Origin: Azolla caroliniana
Taxonomy: Eukaryota; Plantae; Polypodiophyta
Direction: 5' to 3'
Length of the DNA: 64,000 bases
NCBI GenBank assembly: GCA_043228905.1
Contig: JBHGNT010000003.1
Coordinates: forward strand, 20,522,001-20,586,000
The position numbers were made by a program, and so were the translations under genes. A model generated the notes under the pieces. It did no database searches. It saw only the letters and a program-made list of their open reading frames with translations, and was not told the origin of the DNA. Shown one piece after another: positions 1-12,185 of the stretch; the first letter of the stretch is position 1, and each line of letters starts with the position of its first letter.

Positions 1-589
1 AGGAAGAAGACAAAACAAGACAGAAAGTTTGAAGGGGTTGATGTATTACATTTCTCTTTACTTTCATCCTTTCATCATGTCAAGAAGAATATGATGTAAA
101 GCAACTTTGGAGACTCAATCATGAACACACTTGGAACAACCTCTCTCTATCTAGAGACAATCAATCTTCTCTCTCAATTGTTCTTCTAGAACAATCTTTA
201 CTCTCTCTTGAGCACAAATGTTCCTAGAACAATGTCCTACCTCACACATGTGCTTTCATTCTCCCCCTCTTATCTCTATCCCTCTTTTGAAGAACTAACT
301 CTAGCATAATGTCATGTGTGCATGAACGATTTCTTCTTCTTGAACATGATTGTTTTGACGAATATGACGCCATCGATTAGCGCAAGTACTAGTTCAAGTG
401 AGAGTTCTCATATTGCGTAATGCAACTCCCTTGCATGATTCATTTCATTCAATGGCTCTATGGGGGACATGCCAAAAGATTGAGAAGAGTTGGAAAAGGA
501 CCTCCAAGGAGATTCGAGAAATATAACAGAAATTTGTTCTAGACGTGGAAATATGGAAAAAAACTCCTCCCCAAACCATTATTTCCATG

Positions 590-730
590 CCTATCTCTAT
601 CCCGCTACACTATTAATAGCAAACCATCCATTAAATGTGGCATTTCGTTTCTTATTGACAAACCAAAGATATCTCTATCTCATTACTCTACTTGTAGCAA
701 ACCATTCATTAAATGTGGCATTTCCTTTAT
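590..730. repeat. Degenerate ~79-bp tandem duplication
   Basis: tatctctatc...tagcaaaccat.cattaaatgtggcatttc occurs twice, about 79 bp apart. Confidence 0.6.
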
Positions 731-1475
731 TACTATTTATAGATCAAAGTTATCTCTTCCCGGAGAGAAACAAACCTTCTATCACCCGCCAATTCTCTAC
801 AACAAACTTCACTCACTTTCTTATTCAATTGCAACATTCAGTAGTACAAAAAAACAAAAAACAAAATACTCCACACAAAACCTTGCATGTGAAACTCATT
901 CACTTTTGAACCAACTCTCTCAATTGCGACGTTTAGCCAAGTAAAAAAATAAAAATAGCCCACTACTCAACCCCACATTATCATGAAAAGAGGTTATCAC
1001 TTTCGGCCCCATATATATATTATCATTCATGACAGACCCCGAATGATGAAAAGGAAACTCTCTCCATGTATATATGTCAATAGTGCAAACAATTGATTTC
1101 TTCACATAAGCCCAAAATAATATCTCCAAGGAAGCTGTCACCTAGCATGCGGGTGCGCCCACACACACCATAGCTGTCACTCACTGGCACCACCTCACAA
1201 ATTTCCCCGTTCCATAATCACAAAAGAATCCCCCTACCAAAGTTCCTCCAAACATGTTCTTTCAAACAATACAAAAAAAAGTGTGTACATCATTCATTGT
1301 AGGACAGCCCCAAAAAAGGTGAAAAGGAGCTTTTTGAGAAACCCAAACTGTAAAAACAATAAATAATCAATTTCAAAAACTAAGACCAACCAGCACAAGC
1401 AAGCTTGAGAACAAGAAACCCAATCACACCCAATCATAATAAATCAATTGCACAAGCAATAATGAAGAAAAATAC

Positions 1476-1507
<32 letters not shown>

Positions 1508-1990
1508 CAAATTGCATAAGCAAGAGCAAAAAGAAAAAATTACATTGGATGACAATCCATGGTAGAGTTTCTCTCTCCACTAACCTACATATGCCTATTA
1601 CTACATGTATATATACTTTCTCGAATAGGCAGAACAGTAATGGATCTGAAAGTATACACGCTTTCCACACGGGCAAAGGGCAAGGCAAAGCAATGGTGGA
1701 TTCTTTCAACCCCAAACAAAATATGACAATATGCATCATGTGAAAGATGAAAAATGGGCTCATGATCATGAATATGACTGTTTTTTTTACATACAATGCT
1801 GCTGCTGATGGTGGTGGTGGTGGTGGTGGTGGTGGTGTGGTGATGATACATTGAAAAGTTATTTACTGCATTGGGTGAAGATTTTCAAGCAAACAAATGT
1901 TATAGGTAAAAATTAGACGACAATAAATAATCAAATCAAATCAATCAATGGACCCAAAAAATCAATCCCTAACTTCTTTCTTCAACACTC

Positions 1991-4900
1991 TCAGAAGGCT
2001 TCATCTTTCTTGACAATAATGTGCCTATACACCGCGAGCTTCTTTCTTCGGCTGTTGTTATCAATGGTGAGGACGACTTTGCCAGGTTCGGTTGCTTTGA
2101 AGGAATTCCTTATCGGTTCTTCAGAAGACAACACTTTCTTCGTCTTTTGGATTATAACAGTGTAGCCGTCTTCCTGGCTCGGGACGAATTCCTCGCCATA
2201 GACCACCTCCCATCCCACAACCGATACATCCCACACTACTGTGCCATACTGTATTCAAGAAAGGTAAGAAGAAAAAAGAAAGACAAATCTCGTTATTATC
2301 GATCCTTCATGATGCAAATGAATATACATAATGCAAAGTAAACCCAACCTAAACCCTAATAAGCTTGGATAGCATAACATTCACAGCAAGTGAAAGACTT
2401 AGTTTAGTTACTTGAATAAGAATCATGAGGATTATACTACATCTTACCTCTTCCACAGGGAACTCTATTGTTTGCTTCTCGCCCACTTTCACCGTGATTT
2501 CCTTCACTGGAGCATCCGCACCAGCGAATTCAGTGTCGTTTGGGCGGCTCAAGCCACCATACTTAATGGGCACATTCTCTGGGGAGATATACCTACAATT
2601 CATCACACAAGAGAAAAAAAAAATTGTTTTCTTTACCTATAATATGTACTCTTCTCAAACCAATATTAAAAATGTCCTTTTTTCCATTGTTCTAACAGTC
2701 TGCATTTATGCTTTGCTTCTTTTCCATTGATCTAAATTGGATAATCGACTCAATATCAACTTTGAGAAAGAGATCTAAAGTGCATTACAGCTATAAACAG
2801 GGCTTTTTTGTTCTATTTCAGAACTAACACATCGATATTTTGAATTGTATCTTCTGCTATGATTTACAAAGAGAAATAAATCTTAGAAAGCCATAGCTCA
2901 AAAAAAGTGATGAAGATTTAAGGTGACAAGAGCTTTACTTGAACAAGGTTTCAGTCGCTTTATCTGGTCTGGCAACAACGTATTTGCTCTTAGTCCTTGA
3001 GGTTATAAACTTGCCATGAAGGGAGATCAGAGCTCCAAAATACCAAGGCACATTAATGAAAATCTGAATCCAGAAAAAGAAAAGAAACAGAACTAAATCA
3101 GATCAGCTGAAAAAAAAAATACGAAGAGATAACTGAAATGTGTCACAATTAGTTTCAAACTTGTGGAAGAAAGTTTCTAAACGTGATAAGAAGTTGTGAA
3201 TCATATAGAAACAGTGTGCTAATCTTATGCCAATTAGATGCTAAACCACACGGTAATGACATGCCGAATTGGATGTGAATTGTGTACTCTTCCCACATCT
3301 AAAGAAAACAGTGTGCTAATCTTATACGAATTAGATGCTAAACCACACGCTAATGACATGCCAAACTGGATATGAACTGTGTGTTTCCCACATCTAAGGA
3401 AAACAGTGTGTGCTAATTCTATGCCAATTAGATGCTAAACCACACACTAATGACATGCCGAATTGGACGTGAATTGTGTGCTGCCCACATCTAAAGAAAA
3501 CAGTGTGTGCTAATCTTATGCCAAGTAGATGCTAAACCACACGCTAATGACATGCCAAATTGGATGTGAATCGTGTGCTTCCCACATCTAAAGAAAAAGG
3601 AATGGATCATCCTCGTCAATCGGTCAATTAATTCTCGATTGCATGTCAGTAACATACCAAGTAAATGCTAACAAAAAAATGGTTCTACACATCATAAGGA
3701 ACCTGGGCTGGATTATCATCATCATCATCAATTCTCAATTTTTCAACCAACCAAATTAATCTAGAAGCTTCAGATTAAATCAAAATTTCCAATTTTCCAT
3801 CAAAGAACATAAGCGCCCCAAAAACAAACAAAAACAACGGCTAGAATCGAATCTGGACTGACCTGTTTAGCAACCAGTTCAGGGTAGTTGTCCTGGAGGA
3901 TGGCAAAGGCGCGCTTGGTGATATGGCGGCGCTTGACAAAGCCGGGAGAGCCATGGAGGTCGAGAACCTGCAGGATGGAATGGGCACCGCCCGGGCGGAA
4001 ATCGAGCGAGCCAATGCCCTCTTCCACAACCCCAATTCTCCACCTCAAGAATCGCCTGAACCGAGCCTCATCCCCAAACGTCTTCTGATACAGCTCCTTA
4101 TCTTGGAACACGCCATAGCTGTTGTAGCACACAGGGTGCCCCTCCCTGTCGAATCCATGCATATATGCCACTGAATCAAAGATCGCGTCTTCTTCCTCTT
4201 CTTTCTCCGCTTCTTCTCCTCCTTTCTCCGCTTCTTCTCCTTTCTTCTTCTTCTTCTCTTCTTCTTCTTCGTCTCCTTCTCCTCCTTCCTTGAAGAACTC
4301 CCTTCTCCATGCTAAGGTACCTTTTAGCATCTCCATAGCTTCGCTCACCTTGAAATCCCTTGCCCTCAGGAACTTGAGCAAAACCACATCTGTCCTCTCG
4401 TCCCCTTTGGTGTGTAGTAAAGGTACTCCCCATAGATCTAGATCTTCCAGAGACGGTGAACCATCGTCGATATCTTCTTCTCCATCCCCAACTCCTCCTT
4501 CTTTCTCTGTCGCAATCGATATGTCTTCCTCCGGTTTTAAACTGGTTTCTTCTTTTAAATCTTTGTCTGTGTTTTCTTCTGTGTTCAATGCTTCTGTTGG
4601 TGCGGCTTCTTCGTTTTCTTTCACGTCTTCTTTGGTTATGTCTAAGGTTTCTTCTTTGTCAGGAGAAACAATTTCTTTTTTCTCTACTTCTTCCTCTTTC
4701 TTCTCTTCCTCTTTCTTCTCTTCCTCTTTCTTCTCTTCTTCTTTCTTCTCTTCCTCTTTCTTCTCTTCCTCCTCTTTCTTCTCTTCCTCTACTACTTTCA
4801 CAGGTGCCTTAGGAGGAACAAGGAAGGAATTTGAGGCTATGGCTTCTTGTATCTTAGCCTTCAATTCAATCAGAGCTTTCTTCTCCGAGTCTTTCAGATC

Positions 4901-5086
4901 TCTCACATAGTAGCTCTCTTCGACAAAAGAAGGAGAAGCATCGATCTTCTTCTCTTCAATTGCGACGGTATCAATCTTCTTCTCTTCTTCACCTCCTTCG
5001 CTTCCCGGATGGGAATCCTTCTCAACAAGAGGCTCTGCAGGCACAGAAGCTATGTCAGCGCTCGTGTTCTCTGTTTCTTCGCCCAT
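1991..5086 (-). CDS. PATL: Patellin (Sec14/CRAL-TRIO + C-terminal GOLD domain, acidic/charged N-terminus), ~583 aa, 4 exons
   Basis: Hand-spliced exons 5086-3863, 3063-2939, 2592-2448, 2248-1991; all junctions GT-AG and in frame. Patellin motifs: LWGVPLL..DERTDVVLLKFLRARDFKV, GHPVCYNSYG, LQDNYPELVAKQIFINVPW, RTKSK, YISPENVPIKYGGL; GOLD motifs WDVSVVGWEVVYGEEFVP and GKVVLTIDN. Confidence 0.95.
3206..3597. repeat. Intronic tandem repeat, ~96-bp unit x4
   Basis: Unit gaaaacagtgtgctaatcttatgccaattagatgctaaaccacacgctaatgacatgcc...cccacatctaaa starts near 3207, 3303, 3399 and 3495, inside patellin intron 1. Confidence 0.93.
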
Positions 5087-5133
5087 AGTTAGGGATAAGG
5101 TAAGGGTGTTCTGGAGAATACGGAGAGATGAAA

Positions 5134-5145
5134 GAGTGAGAGAGT

Positions 5146-5179
<34 letters not shown>
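5134..5179. repeat. (GA)n microsatellite in the patellin 5' region
   Basis: Directly visible. A second (GA)n lies at ~5601-5635. Confidence 0.9.
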
Positions 5180-5182
<3 letters not shown>

Positions 5183-5270
5183 GATTGCTAAGAGGTGAAC
5201 GAAATGAGAGAAATCGATTTAGGGTTGGTGTCAGGATGATGGATGGTTAGATTTAGTTTTAGTTTTAGAA

Positions 5271-5300
5271 TTAGGGTTAGGGTTAGGGTTAGGGTTAGGG
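5271..5300 (+). repeat. (TTAGGG)5 interstitial telomere-like repeat
   Basis: Five perfect TTAGGG units about 190 bp upstream of the patellin ATG. Confidence 0.9.
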
Positions 5301-5597
5301 TTTGGTGTCAGGAACAGAGAGGGAGAGTGAGAGTGAAGAAGGTTTGTTATAAAGTGAGTGAGAAGAGACGTATTTATTTTTTGTTTATTTATTCATTTAT
5401 CTATTTATTTATTTATTTACTTTGTGTTTTTTCCAACGGTGTATTCAGTAATATAATATGAAAGAAAATCCACTCCCCCTAAAATTAGGGAAGGAGATAA
5501 TTAATTAATGAAATAAATAAATATGTAGATATAGATATTTACCATCATAGAGAGAGGGAAATAAGCGTTGCCTATAATTAGAGAGAGATGGCCTTAA

Positions 5598-5638
<41 letters not shown>

Positions 5639-6820
5639 GTGCCATCGCTCTAATTAGCGTTGCATACTTCTCTATATCTATCTACCTATCTCTATAATTA
5701 GTGAGGGAATGGCATTCTAAGAGAGAGAGGGTTGGTAAGGTTGCCCAATGGAAATCAAGAGGTCATGGGTTCAACTCCTACGATCCACAATAGCATCTAG
5801 TGAATTAAGAAATATGTATGGAGTAATAGAGAGGTGAGGAATTTGGGTTTTGAACCCAAGATGTAGTGCTATTAGTGTAACGACTTACTACTAGGGTAAG
5901 CTAATTACAAGAGAGAGAGGCCCTTCACAAGGAAACATGAAGATTTATATGGGAACATCTCACCTAGTGGAACCAATCCAATCCACGAATAGAGTATGAG
6001 AGAGAAACGTGATTGTTCCTTTGCATCACGATGACATCTAGTAAAGCACATATTGAGATACGATTCAAGAGAGAGAGAAGAAGAGAGAATTGCACGAATC
6101 AAGCTTAATGTGCTTCTAGATTTGATCTTGTTTTGCCAATCCTTATTTGTTGTTTGCCTATCCATCCATATTGGACTTTTGCTTCAAATTTGGTAGCAGA
6201 GGAACAACGGAAAGGTTGGTCATTAGATATCAATAAGTTTATACAATTGATTGAAGGTAGAGCTTGCCTAGTGGTTAAGGTGTCATTTACATGGTAAATT
6301 ACCCAATGTGCACAATTATGGCATAGAGTATTGGATCTCTGACTCACACCAAAAGGCTAGTATAATTGGAGTATGAGAAATTGTTTCTTGATCAAAGGTT
6401 TACATGGTGCACAACAGGTTCATATAGATTGAAAAGGGATTTATTTTTGCCATTCGCCAACAAAGATCTATGGGCACCTTTCTTTACGCCGAAAGAGTTG
6501 CCTTTTCTCAGTTAAGAGTGTGTACTTCTTCACCATTATTTTCAAACTGTATTAGTATTGCAGCCATAGCATTAAGGACTGATGTTAAAAGCCAAATTTA
6601 GTGTATTTAAGGGTATGATAAATGGGAAATTGGTCGTTCTAGGACTTGGGACACATGGAAATGTGTGGCAATCTCAGAGTCTAAACAATTCCACTACGTA
6701 AAGGGTAATACCAACCCACTTCTACACAACATCTTAGAAACACTATTAGAACTTTGTTTAAGAGGCAATACTCTCATATATCTGGATATGTTGAATGTTT
6801 GACTTCCAAGGAATAATAGG

Positions 6821-7165
6821 TCATATTCAATCTTGTGGGATGTTCATGGGGTTTGGTTTTCTTCTTTAGTCATTTGCTCATTCATGAGTGGTTGGTGTGT
6901 TCATGCAATCTTTGTCCATTTTTTCTCTAATCTCTCAATTGATTGCTTAACATTGGCATTGAACATATTAGGAAGGAGCAAGTGTAGTTCATATTCAATC
7001 TTGTGGGATGTTCATGGGGTTTGGTTTTCTTCTTTTTTGTCATTTGCTCCTTCATGAGTGGTTGGTGTGTTCATGCAATCTTTGTCCATTTTTTCTCTAA
7101 TCTCTCAATTGATTGCTTAACATTGGTATTGAACATATTAGTAAGGAGTAAGTGCAGTTCATATT
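6821..7165. repeat. 168-bp tandem duplication (2 copies)
   Basis: tcatattcaatcttgtgggatgttcatggg... at 6821 and 6989. This explains the two near-identical spurious ORFs there. Confidence 0.92.
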
Positions 7166-10100
7166 TGTTTTGTTTTAGTATCCAAATTTTTGAGATAGAG
7201 AGTGTGTGTATTAATTTTAGATTCTGAGTTTTTGAGGTTCAACACTTGTAATTGAGGGGTTTCAAGGTCATGAATGTATCATTTGTTGGTTTTAGTTTAG
7301 GGTCCATAATCCCTATAACTCAAATTTTCACAATGTGTAAACTCTATTGTATGTTTTACATAGGAGCTATGTGTCACTAAGAATCCACATCCAATAAATA
7401 GACATCACTAGTGCATGTGGCACTTTCTCCCTTGCCCAACAAAGCATGCCTACACTAAACTTTGGCCACTCATTAGCTGGCCATAATTTACAATAACCCA
7501 GAAACTTTGTTAATATCAAAGTGTATTATAAGTTTATTGTCATACACCATGTGTTCATGCAAGACTTTAGGACCGTTTTCCTTAAACATTAACAATATTT
7601 GTGTTTTCGATGTCTTATTTTCAATAAGTTCCTTGAACGTTGGCTCATATCAAATGACCGATTCCTTGATATCTCGCTTTAGGAACTGTTAGCAAAACAA
7701 ATGTGGCAAAGACTTAATTATTCTTAAGTTGTTGTCAAGGACACGTGATTAACTTGCCTTCAGTGGTAGGGCCATGACAATTAAAACTATGGTAAACTGA
7801 GCTGCAAAGTGTAGCCATTGAATCCGTTCAACATTCCATGTTTTGTTATATACTTGTTGTCGTGTAGGAACATCATTCATCGTTGTCTGAAAGTAAAGTT
7901 ATATGTGTATCATAATGTTGAGTTGTAAAGTAGTGTTCACCCATATTTGGATTAGTTGTATCATTATATTTGGGAAGAATCAAGTTAGTCTCTCAAAGCT
8001 ATTGACTTTTCCCTTTCAACGATTTTGTGGGAATTGCATGTTATTAGTATTTTTGGTTTCGTGCAACAATTTGGTGCTCAAGAGTTATTTAGAATCTTTT
8101 CCTTTTCTTCCATGAGTAAATATGCACTAGGCTAGGGCTTATAATATGAGTTGCTTGAACTCACAAAAGTTGTATGACAAGCCTTTTTCCAAGCAAAATT
8201 TAATCACGGAAAGTGTCGAGAGCTTTTGCACAATGTTGAGCAAAGGGCTGCAAGAAGGTCAATGAACTGATATGTAGAGGATCATTTTGTCATTTATGTT
8301 TATTTTCGACGTAACCTTACACAAAAATAAAAAAATTACAACATGCAAACATCTATGTGTCACTTTATTGAAAAAAATGTGTTTGATTAGTATTTAAATT
8401 TAGTGGGATTAAAAGTAAAATTGAAGTACAGAAGTGAGTGGAAATATATTAGATGTTGTTAAACTCTATATAAGGGAATGTTCCATGCTACGCATTGGCT
8501 TGCAATCAAATTATCACAAAGTTAGTTCATGTCCCATCATTAATTTGAGCAAGATCTATTACAAGAGGTACATCCAAACAACAATTAAAATACATAAAAC
8601 TTATTGACGTGACATTCATTCTTGTCACATTTTGAATTCAAGCTACCAATTTGAAGAGTAATTGTACAAGGTACAAGCGAAACAAATGGCGTTATGAGGT
8701 TGTTTCTCGAACGACATTCATGGAACAAAGATCATTAATTTGTACTAGGTTATATATTACGTGATCCCTAAATCCAACAAATCTTTGCAAGATCGTGTAT
8801 TCCAGTAGCTAACTTATTACACATGCTCATTGTATAGTTAAGATGACAGTACTTTTTCCAAGGGAATCGTTTCCCAAAGAAATGAAATCAATAACTCGTG
8901 GATGGTTTGATTTATGTAATAACATGCATTGGACTATCAAAATATATTATTGCTTCACATAGAGAAGGGTATAAAGAAATAGGTGAATTATAGGGTGTTA
9001 TGCTTACAAATATAAGTGTCTTATGCTTACAAATGTAAGGCTTTTGGTTCAATTAAGAGTTGTTTTCATTTTCTTTGGCCCACCATATGGAAATTTTTGT
9101 TTATGATTTTTCAAAAGACAAATATCATCACTCTATGGGGTGATCTACTAATAGACGTTTGGCTTTGGTTTTACTAATGTTGTTATAGTTATCAAATGGC
9201 CCTCAGTTCAACTAATGTTGTTCTCATATTCAAATGGTGTGCAATAGTGTCTTTATTTGGGGTGCTCTATTCATAGACGCAATGTAACCTTGTTTGCCAC
9301 ATGATCTTTAATCATGGAATGAGCACACTTCATTCTCAATAAAAAGAGGACTAGCAATACAACATTTTGATTTCTCCATATCTATATTTCTCTCGTCAGA
9401 CAATTATTAGCTCATGTTGTACGACTTTATCTAGTTTAGTATATGACAATATTTGCATTTAGAAACAAAATTCATGTTTAGTTCATGATTACCTTGCGTC
9501 TACCTATCGGGACCCAAAGTCAAGTTGGGTTGTCTCATGAGTCATAACGGTTGCATGGGGGTTGAAGGTGAAACATGGCGTGTTGGATTTGTTGGCCATG
9601 GACGTCATGCTGAGTCAACCAACCTTGTTTCTTCAACTTTTGTGGCATTAAAATATCCATTATTGTTTAAATGTTGCTTGCTTTAGTATAATTATTGGGG
9701 GTGGGGACTATGATCACTTTGGTGAGAAGGCCAGCGTGAGTTTTGCTGAAATTTGTTGGTCTTTGACGTACTTTGTTTGCTAACTAATGCAAAATAGTGT
9801 TTTTTTTGGATTTTTTTATATTAGGAATAATTTATTACAATCTTGTTTATTTGTTATGTTTTTTTATATTCTATGTTCATTGCTAAAGTTTACAATGTTT
9901 TGGTTTCCATAGTTCTGTTCATTTTGATAAGATATAACTCTTCCATATTTTGGTCTTATCTAGGATTTTGAGACTTTTTTTGGAGAGCACACTTGATATT
10001 CGAATCATTATTTTTTCCAATTTTTTTGAAAACTTAAATCTACGCCTCAAAACCCAACAAACAAGAGGACACACATTTAGCCAACAAATTCCCAAACTTA

Positions 10101-11754
10101 CATATGATAGCATAAAAAGAAGATATTGTCATTATGTAATAAAGTGTATGAATGGATACAACTTTCTTGACGTGTGTGTGTTGATTGATGAATTGATGCC
10201 TTGTCCACCTTGTACAAGGTTCCAACCTAATTTATACCACTCAATTCACTTAATTGATTGGAGTAGAACGTTGCAATTTTCGTAGCTTGCTCGTTGCATT
10301 GTAATTTTATGTTCAAGCTTGCAAGTGCCTTGATAAAATGCATTTACACAAATAATCACCATTAAGTAGGCTAAGGCAAGAATCAAAACTCAATGCAATC
10401 GAGAGAAACGTTACCAATCGAACTCTATGGCTAATAAACAAACATTACAAAAAGTCAACACATGAAGCTACAAGGTAAAGGGACACCATGTCATTTAATG
10501 TCGTCTACCTTGTTTATTTAAAGATTCCACATCTCATGAGCTACTTTCCTATGTCATGGATATCGTTAATAACAAGATATATTACACACAAGAATCTCAC
10601 ACATTAAATTTTCTAATGGACATTCATTGATGAGAATTTGATGTGGTGGTTCTTTCATCATCTAGATAACTCGTGTATGTGATCTTGGTATGCATGTTTA
10701 ATCTATATAATTATGTGATTGGACATTATGATCCAATTAGTGTCACAAAGGAAGGGGTGAAGGAGCAATCGACGAGGTGGGTTGTGGAACTAAGGATAAG
10801 GTTTACAAAGTGAACGAATAGGTGCAAGACCAATATTTGATCTGTCAAATAGATACTACTATTGAGTCCAACACAAATCGTCCTTTTTTCATTTGGACGT
10901 GATTATTCTCTAATGACAATCCAAATAGTTTGGCTTCCATTGTTCCCAAGGAGAGGATACTATTTTTGCCTTTGACCACATTATTTGAGATATACGAAGC
11001 ATATGTGTGTGCTCATAAGGGTTTGTTCCTCTTAACACCCTCAACTCTTCATTCATTTGTGTGATGTGATAGGAATAGAGGTGTAAGTTTGTGGGCTTGG
11101 TTTTTAGCTCAACATAAGTTGCCCATCCCTTCATGTTAATGTGCTCGCAATAAAATTTTGACTTATCTCTTCCATCGACACTTGCCCATTTGCTCCATAG
11201 TCATTTTTGAAAAAGTTGAAACCAAATCCATTAGCTTGCTTAACCACACATGACTCCATCTTCTAATGTGTGAACCATTTCCAACTAGATGAGGGAAATA
11301 TGCTTTTGTGATCTTGTTTTTTGTGTTTTTGTGCTTGTTTCATTTGCCATTGTTCCTAATCTATCTTGCATATTCATAATTTTTGCAAATATACGTCATG
11401 ATTGGCAGCATAACTTGATATCCCAGGGGTATCTAATCTTTCACAAAAATGATATGGCGTAGTTGATCGTAGTTCTAGGAATTGACAACAAACACAATTT
11501 TGGAACTTTAAAAAAAAAAAAAAAAACTCCTTCCATTAGTTATAAAATTTTATAGCTATGCATGTTATATACAAACCCCAGAAGGAACTTCAATAGTTCC
11601 ATCTTATTTGGAGGCCCATTGACTCAAGAAAGGGAGAGGATGACCATTGCTGGATGAAGGCTAATCGTTGTCTTTCGGCTCCATCAGATCCGCTTGTGAT
11701 GCCATCGTATTGGATCTTTAGCGTGGCTAGAACTCCACCCCATATCTCCTACAA

Positions 11755-12185
11755 TAACGGTTTCAATGGTTCGGTTTGGTTCAGGTTTAGGTTTTTTAAA
11801 ACGGTTCGATTCGGTTTTAACAACCAGAAACCGCGGTTTAAACGGTTTAACAGTTTTTATTTTTTATTTTTTTAAAAAAATGTAAAAATTGTTTTTAAAC
11901 AATCTTATCATTTTTAGACCTTATTCTCACATTTTAGGAACATCTTAAAATTTTAAAAAATTTTAAAAAATGAAATATTATCAATTTTAAAAAAATAAAA
12001 AATAAAAATTTGGCCTATGCTAAAAACTGAAACTGAACCACGAAACCACGGTTTTTACGGTTTAATGGTTAGATAATTGTTTGACGGTTCAATTTAACGG
12101 TTTTGTGGTTCGGTTTGGTTCAGGTTTTAAAAAAAAATAACGGTTCGGTTTGGTCCCTCTCGAACCGAACCGTTGTTGATTGTTA
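11755..12185 (-). mobile_element. hAT-type MITE, one terminus lost (same family as 20592-21081, opposite orientation)
   Basis: Ends in the TIR ...ccgaaccgttgttgattgtta and is rich in AACCG/CGGTT motifs. The reverse complement aligns by eye to 20592-21025. Left TIR and TSD are missing. Confidence 0.82.

Noticed and set aside
4290-4910. 206-aa plus-strand Ser/Phe-rich ORF
   Set aside because: Antisense shadow of the low-complexity patellin exon 1.
9521-10100. Weak inverted repeats (9521-9626; 9739/10100) suggesting a hairpin or old MITE
   Set aside because: Too degenerate and no TSD; cannot support a miRNA or MITE call.
7300-11400. Coding-like decayed sequence (old DNA transposon or Helitron?)
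   Set aside because: No diagnostic motif recognisable by eye.
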